From Sporopachydermia quercuum (Eukaryota), in NCBI GenBank assembly GCA_001599295.1, contig BCGN01000001.1:1240001-1304000 (forward strand): a stretch of DNA of 64,000 nucleotides, given 5' to 3'. Positions 22,610-32,978 of the stretch are shown here, piece by piece (the stretch's first letter is position 1; each line of letters starts with the position of its first letter). A program made the position numbers and the translations under genes. The notes under the pieces are model-generated. The model did not search any database and was not told where the DNA came from. It worked only from the letters and a program-made list of their open reading frames with translations.

Positions 22610-23959
22610 TTTATGAATTTAACAGCTTTACTTTGTTTTGGTTTCAAAGCATTATATTGAAAATGTATATAAGTATAAATATGAATATGAATATGAATAA
22701 GTAAAGTTATAAGTATAATAGATAATGAACTANTAGATAATGAACTGAATTATGATATAGGATATTACAGAGAAGAAAGTGCATGAGAAAAGTAGATAAC
22801 AGGGAGGGTTAGTTCTGTCCTTTTAATGTTCTTTTATTTTATGTTATCTCATTGTTTCTTACAACGTAGCACAATAGTACATATGTATGCTACATTCAGC
22901 ACCTTTAACGAGTAAATATCTGACTCTTTTACCTAAAAATTTCTAANCTATCTTATCAATAAATACATTAATACAAGAAATGAGTATTTGACTACTGATA
23001 CTTAAATGCTTTACATCGTTTCTGTGGTAGGCCCTCTGCGAGACAAAGTGCATCATGTAACTTGTTATTATGAAACAAAGGTAAAGCAGTAAGTGCAAAC
23101 ATAAGAAAAGGAATAAACAAACTCAAGAGAAAAGTAGATGATATAGAGCCTGATATTGTTTAAGGAGATGTAGTGAATCAAAACCATAGCTTGTTTCTCG
23201 AAAGAACAAAAATGTACTTCCCAGGCATTTAATCTCAGAAAAGGAGCATCCAACATCACCAACAAGCGCAGATATGCGGACATCTTGATGCATTAAAGGA
23301 TATGGATGGCTTTTGAATTAGTCAGTCTAGATGTTTTTATATCATTTAGTGGACAGTTTCAATAATAAGTGGCAAGTGCAGGGTGCAAAATCATAGAAAT
23401 GAATATGTCACAGGACCTTGGAAAATCACCATATAGAATTGTAAGGAAGTATGAAGATAAGGTATGTTGTTGAAAAGGAAAGAGCCAATAAAGGAATTGT
23501 CTGGGTCGGATTGGAATGGTTTAATGAATTGGCGATTGAAACGGTATTGATGAAATGATTCTGTTGAAATCAACCTGGAAATGAATTATCTTTGAAGTGT
23601 TTATGTTTCTCCTTACTTTATACATTTAAAACATGGTAACATAATCTAACCAAAACTTGAATAGAATCCTTCAAGCTCTGCTGAGGTAAATAGAGCCCGT
23701 CTCTCGTTTTCAAAATAGCATTTTTCCCATAGGGATTTCATAGATCTCATTATTCTCTTAATCTGGGTCAACTGATAGAACTTTTCACTGCATTGTTGTT
23801 ACATACTTTACTTTCATCTCCACAGTTCATCATTATTATATATTAGTTCTTATCTATATTACATTACACTCAACACCTTATGCCTATTAATTTTAAATAC
23901 TATCTACAAATACCCTCGCCAGTTTGGTCATCATATACCAAATATACCCTAGGCAGAAT

Positions 23960-26021
23960 CTAAGGCGCTATACCATATCCTCCACCAGTCCATCTATAAA
24001 CAGCCAAAGCTTCTTTCCGTTTTCTACTCAATTCTTCCTGTGATTCAGGGTCATTTGCATTTCCCACCGCAGCATTTGCATGCCTCAATGCTGCCCGCAT
24101 TATATTCCGTGATGTTCTCATATATTCTGCAGTCAAAGTTACAATACACACTTCATGAGCTCTTACTACAATTTCACATGCTCTCCTCATTTCATTCCCG
24201 AGTCCACTTCCGAGCCGATCGACCATATATAGTAGAATGGTACTTGCAGGAGAGAACAAATAAATTCCAGTGAAGAACGGCATAAGCCGAAGGTCGGAAT
24301 CAGTCGCCAGCACGGAATCCAAACATTCCGAAGCTTGAATTGCATGTGAAGACGCGATCCGAACTTCGGGCGAGTTCACCCATTCAGGCGGAGCATTCAA
24401 TAATTCTATCGGATCCCACGGAATGTTTAGTAGTATATGGAACACATGTACTAAATACATAGCATAGTCCTTCCAAGCTTCGGAATACTCCGAGAACACC
24501 ATTTCGCCGTTAATTGAACTCCGCGAATGCTCCTGCAAACGATTTGTTCTAGAAAAGCCTTTTAAAGATCTTGTATAGACTGCTAATTGGGTCTCTACCT
24601 GTGCTTTCACGTAATCACGATAATTCCTAGGTAACAATTGTACTGGCTGTTCACATAGTAAATGGGTAGTCACCATTCCCCCGAGAATCATCATTAAAGG
24701 TAAAAAAAATCCGAAAATGCCCTGGGATGATATACTAAACGAGATTCCGCAAGCTCGGGCCGAATCTTCTTCTGCCGGTTGTAAAGGGAACCGCGTTGAA
24801 TGATTCCATAAGGCATCGTCCTGAGGATGATAGAGATCTTTGCATTCAGCATCTAGTAGAGCTAAAGGCTGGTCGAAACAGAATCCTAAATGTCTGTCAA
24901 TCATATAAATGATCCACCAAGCTCTTCTTCTTTCTTCCCGAACTTCTTCGGGTAAAGTTGCAACTTCCATGTTAAGCTTGCTCTCACGTGCCAATCCTTG
25001 GGCTGTTTTCCACCATTTCATAGAAGCTCCTTTGAATTCTGAAGCCGANGCAACCGTCCCGAGCTGGATACACGTGATCACATCATCTAGTCCCGGTTCC
25101 ACTTCTGAGTTAGGCTGGTCTCTGTCCCGGCCAGGCTTGAACTTTTGGCCGAGCGATGAGTTTCTAGGATATCCTGCTTGTTGTAACGGAAGAGATAACT
25201 CTACCGCTAACTCAAACAGTTTAGTGGTGATAGCGTAATGATTAGACGGTACACATGTCAAATAGGGATGATGCGATCCGTGTACTGCTACCAACAATAA
25301 AGCACATAGTAGGGAAGCCGAAGTTGGTCTCGGATTCTCTTTGGACAGGATAGACGACTTACGTACAATGTATGCTAGTACATAAGGAGAATGGTCAAAA
25401 TATGACTCTAGAAGATCACACGCCACGTCCATCGGTAGAGAAATTTGGTCCAAATAAGGCAGCAGCGGCTCAAAAACCGGGTATCGCATATCTTGGCCAG
25501 CGTTCCGTGTACCGGGAGACGAAGAAGTAACCGACCCGTTAGTATCTGGAGGGTTATTTGCCGACATAATTGAATTCGAGCTATTAGGTTGAGGAATATT
25601 AGTGGATGATTGTGGGCCGTTTGGGGTTCCCGAGTTTAATGATGCCGTTGGTTGTTTTGTATTTATTGCAAATGACGACTTATGCCGAGATCCATACCGA
25701 ATAGAGTTTGCTTGAGCAGCTGAGCCGGAAATTGATCCGTATTGATCTACTGGGGGTGCGTACCGTAGACCAGGGTCATTTACTAAATCCATCATTGAGG
25801 ACCCGAAAGCTTCCGAGTTCTGTAAGTCCGTTGCATTTGGAGTTCNGCCGGATATAGCATAGAACGGAGATGGTAGATTCGGGTCGGTTAACATGTCGGT
25901 TGAATCACGCGGCGTTCGGCCTGTTCGATCCACATTGAATAGAAAAGAATCCATCTCATCTGGACCATTCGAAATCGAAACTTGCGATTGCTGTGCTTGT
26001 TGTGCTTGTTGGTGCTGATGG

Positions 26022-26052
<31 letters not shown>

Positions 26053-26788
26053 GATTGGTGAGTTGGCCGGAAGTCATTCGAGAAGAAGCGGAGGATCCCG
26101 GAGATAGAAAGCTTGATTGTGATTCTGGAGAGCCTTTCGGGTCGGAGATCAATTCCATTAAAAGATTATTTGGCATTTGCTGATTTGACTCTATTGGTAA
26201 CCCTGGGTTATCTGGACCTTGAGCCGAACCCATTGACTGACCGGTACCAGTTTGAAGTTTATGAACTCCGTTCAATCCAACACGATCCGCAGGTGGTAGG
26301 CCCATATCGGCAGCAACTGGAACGCTTCCCGAGGTATTTCCAGCAAGCAAACCTTGAGGTATTGAGGCAACACCAGTCATTGGAGCTACAGCTCCTCTAT
26401 CCGATTTCTCTTTCATTTCTTTTTCCTTTTGCTGTTGCAACAACATTGCTTGACGTTTACTAGTGTAAGATTCCGAAGCTCTGCCCCTCTTCCGAGGTTC
26501 TCGTGAATATTCGCATTTGATTTTAACTCTTACACAGTGATGACAAGGAAATGCACCATCACATTTCGTTCTCCGTTGGTTACATTGATCACATGCTCTA
26601 GCCACGCGCTTTGACTTTTTTGGTTTCGGCACATCCGAAGAAAACAAATCCATAGGTTCATCTGATCTCTCCGGAGACCTCGGCTTATTTTCATTCCCCA
26701 TCGAGTTCTCTCCACCTTGGCTTTCGATTTGACCTGATCCTGTCCCAGAAGACATGCCAGGAACTGATGCGCTCATATCGAAGGACAT
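23960..26788 (-). CDS. xlnR: XlnR/Xyr1-like Zn2Cys6 xylanolytic / pentose-catabolism transcriptional activator
   Basis: 942 aa, no intron needed. The zinc cluster [22 protein letters not shown]...[81 protein letters not shown] and C-terminal [11 protein letters not shown] are all XlnR/AraR-family signatures. Confidence 0.88.
26024..26053 (-). repeat. (CAA)10 microsatellite encoding poly-Gln in XlnR
   Basis: Ten uninterrupted TTG triplets on the + strand, within a Q/H-rich segment. Confidence 0.95.
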
Positions 26789-29063
26789 TCAGTTGTTTAA
26801 ACGGTAAAACAGAGGCATGATATTCCGATAAATAGCAGCAGATATCAATTTTTTTTTCAGTGATTGTATTGACTTATCGGTATTTCTCAAATATGCTTTC
26901 TCTTGTGTTCCGCGTTTCGTGTTCCGTGTTCCCTTATGTTCCCTTAATTCACGCTCTATTATTGTACGTGCAAAACTTGTATAGTCCTATTCTGTATCTT
27001 CTATAGCACACAGGGCAAGTCGGCGAAACCGAAACAAGATAATCTTGTTTATATGTTTACGAAATTACCTATTGTCAATTGCCGTTCATTAGCTCGTTCA
27101 TAAACGATTCCTTCCGTTGTCTTTTATTTCGTACGCTGTTCCGAGAGGTGAAAAAAAGCGGGAGAAACAGGTGTTTTGCTTATATGGGGAGAAAAGCCAT
27201 GTAGAGAGTCAGATGAGTAGCCTGATGAAATGGGACATGAGGCCTAGGGGGCTATTAGAGGAAGGTAAGTAAAGGACTAGAGTCACAATATATTAGGGCC
27301 AGAGGTTCGGGAAATTACTTTTGCTGGGGAAAAAGTGGAGAAAAGGGAAGGAGAATAACGAGAAAAACAAGGGGTACAAAAGAGAAAATATTTCATCACG
27401 TGATACGTAAAAAGAGGGGGCTTCACGAGCGAATTAGAGATGAGAGATATTTATGCCAGAATAGGCAGATATATGCAGAAAAATATGCTGGTGTACTAAG
27501 GACTCTGGAATACGGCAAGTATAGAGGAGAGTAGGTAGTCAAACCAAGAAAGAAGTGTGGTGAATGATAGATTATAGAATATTAAGGATAGAAAGAAAGG
27601 AGAAATAAATCAAATCAGAAAATTCATCAGGCATTTGAGGTGTTGTTGTTTGATATACTAAAGTTGAAGCTGGGGGTGGAGTTGGCAACAAAATGAGGAT
27701 TTACACAACGAGTTGTAGTGTATAATGGTAAACAAACTGCTTTATTTATCATGAACAGTGAATTGAACTTATATGAGAAGGCAAAAAAATACAATTTCAT
27801 GTCATACGAGGAGTTGATAGCGGATATTCAACTATGAAAGCTCAACAAATGATCAGAAGTACGATCACCTAATATACGTAAGATAGGAGTAGATAGATAT
27901 CCAGCTGTACATCGGATACTCCTTCAATGGTCACTTTCCCTTCATTGACATATCTCAGTCTTAATTTTATCTTGCAAGTTTCCATTTATACTATCGACAG
28001 GTTGGCCAGACAGTACTTTAGATTTGATGCGATAAGACAGGAAAGTAATAATCAATCCTGATTTACAAAGTTGTCGAAGCTAGAATAAGATTCTAACTTT
28101 AGTCAGGAACCGAAACTCAAACACTGGCGACAATTCATACAAAAATAGTAATATTTGATAAAGTTTAACTAAACTACTCTAAAATCGAAACGTTAACTTT
28201 CCAATCAATAACTCAGACTCAGCACACATTATAGCAATTCGACCAAAAAGCATGTTACTATCTTCCTGTATGGTTTATTATCATGATACTTGCTCACGAA
28301 ATTCAATTGTTGGAATTCCACAGAATAACTTCATCAAATGATAACCTTGTTAAAATGACTCTTTGCAAGCTCAAGCCACTCGAAAAATGCATTATGTTTC
28401 AAAAAATTGTCAATTTGGGTACATAATAGACGTTTAAATCAACTTAGTACTGTGAATTCTTTCTCAGAAATATTATAGGAATTTCGTTATAATGAAAACT
28501 CAAAGTAATAACGTTACTGTTAAAAATTTATCCTCTCACCGTTTTCCCTTTTTCAGACTGAATGCTTTCTATCGGAGTTTCCTAGTTTATCATTTTTTGC
28601 TGCAGGGGAGGTATTCGCTTATTCATTAATATGGTATTTCATCGGGATAGACCATAATATTTCTATTACTTACTCCATTTCTTTAGCTATTCAAATGTGA
28701 GGAGTAGGTTGTTATTCAAACCGGCGCTTACTTTTCGTTTATGATATACTAATTAATACTATCAGTCTTTCCAAAATGTATCGGGTTAAAAGAATATCTT
28801 TTCCATGTAACAAAGACTTATAAATAACATCAGCATCCTTTCAAATAACTTACAACATAATTACGAAATACTTTTTAGCATACGTCTGTTTTCTTTTTTT
28901 CTTTCTTTTTTTGTTTTCAACTAAAATCATTAGAAATTGAGCTGGATAGAGAAACTTCAATAGATATTTTATATCTTTTACTGTTTTCACGGACTCCCAA
29001 AAGTTCATTACTACTTTGTAGTTCAATGAAAGGAAAAAGAAACCTCAATAATCATTCACAACA

Positions 29064-30482
29064 ATGTCTAGTCCCGCTAAGGTTTATTACCCTTATGAGC
29101 CTGCTGCTCCTAAGATGATCACCTCTTATCCTCCTCCGAAATCTAGTCAAGCAATTGAGGATTTGAAGGAAGTATTTCCAAGTCACATCTCTCAAATTGT
29201 GGTTGATTACAAGAAATCAAATGGCAATTACCTTGTTGATGTTGACGGAAATACTTATCTAGATGTTTATGCTCAAATTGCATCAATAGCTCTTGGATAT
29301 AACAATCCTGCTTTAGAAGCAGCTGCCAAGTCGGAGGAAATGATTCAAGCCATTATTGATCGACCTGCAACTGCTCATTATCCTCCTGATTACTATAAAG
29401 ACATAATTAAGGATGGATTATTGGCAGCTCATCCTCAAGGACAAGACAAAGTCTGGTGCACTTTTTCGGGATCTGATGCTAATGATCATTGTTTCAAAGC
29501 TGCTTTCATTTACTACAAGGCGAAACAAAGAGGTCATAAGGCTTTGATTAGTGCTGAAGAAGCAAATTCTTGCTTAGAAAACTCTGAACCTGGTTCCCCC
29601 GAGCTTGCGGTNTTATCTTTCAAGAAATCCTTCCATGGTAGGCTTTTTGGTTCCGGTTCTGCTTCAAGAGCTCAAGTTTTACATAAGTTGGATATACCAG
29701 CTTTCAAGTGGCCACGAGCTATTTTCCCCAATTTAAAGTATCCCTTAGAAAAGTATGCTAAGGAAAATGCTGAAGAAGAAGCTTTGAGATTAAAGGAAGT
29801 TGAGGAAATCTTCAAGACTTGGGATTGCCCAATTGCGGCTTTGATTGTTGAACCTATTTTGTCAGAAGGTGGAGACCTTCATGCTTCCAACAGCTTCTAT
29901 CAAGGACTAAGAGATATTACTATCAAATTTGGAGCTTCATTAATTATCGATGAAGTTCAAACTGGCTTTGGTGCTACTGGTAAATTATGGGCTCACGAAC
30001 ATTTCAATATTACTCCTCCACCTGATTTTGTTACATTTTCAAAGAAAGCTCAAGCTGCTGGTTATTACTATCATGACCCACTAGCTTTGCCTGACAAAGT
30101 GTTCCGCATCTTTAACACTTGGGTCGGTGATCCTGTTAGAGCTATTATTGGTGGTGCTATATATAGAGAAATTGCTAGCAAAGGGTTAGTAGAACATACA
30201 AAGAGAGTTGGCGAATACATCTATGGAAAGCTTGAAGGTTTACAAGATAAATATAGTGATAAGCTCTTCAATTTGAGAGGTAAAGATAGAGGAACATTTA
30301 TTGCATTTGATTTGTCTTCTCCTGAAAAGAGAGATGAATTTATTCTTAGAGCTAAGGGTAAAGGATTAAACATTGGTGGTTGTGGTACTGAATCTATTAG
30401 ACTAAGACCAACTTTGACTTTCGATGAGTCGCATGCTGATATTCTTCTTCCACTTGTTGAAGAGCTTTTGACTGAATTATAA
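29064..30482 (+). CDS. 4-aminobutyrate aminotransferase-like class III PLP aminotransferase (Uga1/Pyd4 family)
   Basis: 472 aa with GNYLVDVDGNTYLDVYAQIASIALGYNNP, FHGR, SEGGD, IDEVQTG, TFSKK (PLP lysine), FNTW and RLRP. Several family motifs have diverged, so orthology to UGA1 is not asserted. Confidence 0.88.
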   Translation: MSSPAKVYYPYEPAAPKMITSYPPPKSSQAIEDLKEVFPSHISQIVVDYKKSNGNYLVDVDGNTYLDVYAQIASIALGYNNPALEAAAKSEEMIQAIIDRPATAHYPPDYYKDIIKDGLLAAHPQGQDKVWCTFSGSDANDHCFKAAFIYYKAKQRGHKALISAEEANSCLENSEPGSPELAXLSFKKSFHGRLFGSGSASRAQVLHKLDIPAFKWPRAIFPNLKYPLEKYAKENAEEEALRLKEVEEIFKTWDCPIAALIVEPILSEGGDLHASNSFYQGLRDITIKFGASLIIDEVQTGFGATGKLWAHEHFNITPPPDFVTFSKKAQAAGYYYHDPLALPDKVFRIFNTWVGDPVRAIIGGAIYREIASKGLVEHTKRVGEYIYGKLEGLQDKYSDKLFNLRGKDRGTFIAFDLSSPEKRDEFILRAKGKGLNIGGCGTESIRLRPTLTFDESHADILLPLVEELLTEL

Positions 30483-30929
30483 ACAATGTAGAAAAAATTG
30501 AAATGGATAAAGTATAGTGAGTAACTATTTTAATAGATTAGAAGTCTTGGTTATTAATTAGATTGTTCGTACTTTACTGGTAGATATAAACTTTCACCAC
30601 TTGATGAAATTGAGCTAAATAAATGTACTCAGCACTAAATCTAACTAAACTTAACTAAATTAATGAACTTACCATGCGTTATTGCATTATTAGATGCAAT
30701 AATAAGATGTCAATGAATTGATAATATTGGTATGAACTACTAGCATTATGATATGCCATCATTTATGTTTTATCTACAATAAAGCCAATAGCCATTAGAG
30801 ATCTTCTAAAGTGAACCTGCACAGGAATGATTATAAAAATTAACACATCTATATATAAAACAATAAAAATAATATAAAATCTATACACCTCAAAATCAAT
30901 TCAGTTATTCAATGATACTACATCAGCCG

Positions 30930-32978
30930 CTAAGCTTTTCCAATTATTTCAGTGTTAACAACTTCAACATCATCGCTCAAACTATCTGATTCCATAATAA
31001 CTGCATCTTCTTTCTCATTTTCTTTACCGACCATGGTGTAATCTAATCCCTTAATGTCATAGATTATCTTCTTGAAAACCGTTGGAATTGCCACTCTACC
31101 ATTCCATAATGGCAATAATGTGATCACCAAAGTTGCAAAGAAAGCCCAAATAAATACGACAACAATCCAACCAACAAAGAAAGATTTTGAAAAAATGTAT
31201 CTAGTTCCATATAATGGCATTGGGAAAACAACCAAGAAGAATAAGATAAAGATCGCTGATACAACCATGGCTCTATTTCTAGCGATCTTGACTTTCTTAT
31301 CTTCGGCAATTGCAATGGTAATAGCAGTTAATTCTTCAGCAGTGTGAAGTTCCCTAGCACCATGTTCCTTATCAAACTCTGAATCATCATTTTGTTTGAT
31401 ATCTCTCCAGATTTGGAAGTCAAAGTCATCTGGTTTTATGTAGGCAAACAAAGGTGTAAGGATTAATGGTAAACCAACAGCAAAGACATTACCTGCTGCT
31501 AATGCTTCCATGGTTGACAAAGTTGCTAAGGTAACAATACCTGATTGATGATAAGTATAGCCAATCCATAATGCTAAAGCAGCACAAGTTGAGATTGTAG
31601 TTGAAAGGCAGAAAGAAAAAGCTGACATTTTTCTCCAAGTGATAGTCAAGACCATTGGAACTACGCAAGGTCCAACAACAATACCAGCAACAGTAGTAAT
31701 GAATGAAACACTGAAACCAGCATGAGCAAGACCAATTGCTAATCCAACGACAAAAACACCAAAGGAGATAACGGAAATATGTCCAACTTTCACTAAGGTC
31801 TTACCGGTAGCGTTGGGGTTAATATAAGCTTGGTAAATATCATAAGTAGCTAATGCAGAAACGGCGACAGCTTCAGAAGAGAAAGCAGATGTTGTGGCCA
31901 TGAAAACCATAACTAAGACAGCTCCGGCACCACCTGTTCCCATCAATGTAATAGCAGCATAAGGCATGACCATACCTGCGTCAATTTCTTCTGCTGTCAT
32001 TAAATTGGGATATGTGACAAAAGAAGGTGATGTTTCTAACCCACGTGCAGCCAAACCGAGGGTAGATGCTAAACAGAAAGGAATGGTAAACCAGCAAATA
32101 CCACCTAGAACATAGCCACCGAATGTGGAAACTGGATTTGCAGCAATGGCCTTTTGGAATAAAGCAGAATCAACTGTGTAGGCCCAGCCTGCTCCAATAT
32201 TCACTAAACCAAACAAACCTGCTTGTCTTGATGTCATTGTCAATAAAGATCCTTGGTAATTACCAGCAACAGGTCTTTCTTCAGAGGCAACTTTCAACAT
32301 TTCCCATAAAACACCGGGAGATCCAATCAAATCACTTGTACAATAGACAACAAATAAGAACATTAACATACAGAAGTAAATGATAATTGTATGCATCCAA
32401 TCGGTAACAAAGGTTGCTTTGATACCACCGAGCATTGTATAAATCAGAACTCCAATAGGTAGTAGAACAATGGATGCATCTCTGTTAACACCAGTGAGGT
32501 TACTGAAAATCGATGAACCATTAATAAGTAAATTTGCTGAAGCAGTAATTTGTTGAATCAAGGAGTAAGTACACATCAAAATATGAGTAGTTGGACCAAA
32601 TCTCAATCTTAAAGCTTCCTGAAAAGTATGGCAATTTGGAGCTTTTCTTTTCAATTCAATACACACAGTAGCAAACATAATGATTTGAACGCAAGCACCA
32701 GCTCCGTACCACCAAGGGGCAGCAATACCATAAGAAAATGCAACTGTACAAGATAATAACAAGGTTGCACCAATAGTCCATTGAGAAACGCAAGCAGAGG
32801 CAATTAATCCTGCACCAACACTTCTTTTAGCAGTCATTTGCATTTCCGAATCTTGAATTTCTGACATATATCGTGACAATAACCACGAGATACCGACCAT
32901 GATAATTGCAAATGCTGCACCAACACCGACGATGATCCCATAGCCAACGCCTGAGTCATAAATTGGCATTTCAATCAT
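30930..32978 (-). CDS. DUR3-like urea/polyamine transporter (sodium:solute symporter family)
   Basis: About 680-aa polytopic protein with GVGYGIIVGVG, TAKRSVGAGLIAS, WYGAGA, ELKRKAPNCHT, GGIKATFVTDWMHT, WFTIPF, YDIYQAYINPNATG and YIFSKSFF. The first ATG is at 32978 (alternative 32969); the ORF-track start at 32984 is TTG. Confidence 0.88.
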   Translation of the reverse strand: MIEMPIYDSGVGYGIIVGVGAAFAIIMVGISWLLSRYMSEIQDSEMQMTAKRSVGAGLIASACVSQWTIGATLLLSCTVAFSYGIAAPWWYGAGACVQIIMFATVCIELKRKAPNCHTFQEALRLRFGPTTHILMCTYSLIQQITASANLLINGSSIFSNLTGVNRDASIVLLPIGVLIYTMLGGIKATFVTDWMHTIIIYFCMLMFLFVVYCTSDLIGSPGVLWEMLKVASEERPVAGNYQGSLLTMTSRQAGLFGLVNIGAGWAYTVDSALFQKAIAANPVSTFGGYVLGGICWFTIPFCLASTLGLAARGLETSPSFVTYPNLMTAEEIDAGMVMPYAAITLMGTGGAGAVLVMVFMATTSAFSSEAVAVSALATYDIYQAYINPNATGKTLVKVGHISVISFGVFVVGLAIGLAHAGFSVSFITTVAGIVVGPCVVPMVLTITWRKMSAFSFCLSTTISTCAALALWIGYTYHQSGIVTLATLSTMEALAAGNVFAVGLPLILTPLFAYIKPDDFDFQIWRDIKQNDDSEFDKEHGARELHTAEELTAITIAIAEDKKVKIARNRAMVVSAIFILFFLVVFPMPLYGTRYIFSKSFFVGWIVVVFIWAFFATLVITLLPLWNGRVAIPTVFKKIIYDIKGLDYTMVGKENEKEDAVIMESDSLSDDVEVVNTEIIGKA

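Noticed and set aside
22900..23700. Transposon remnant between XKS1 and xlnR
   Set aside because: Short broken frames only; I saw no transposase/RT motif, LTR or terminal inverted repeat.
30679..30702. Hairpin TTATTGCAT-N6-ATGCAATAA as a terminator
   Set aside because: A weak AT-rich stem; intrinsic hairpin terminators are not the RNA polymerase II mechanism.
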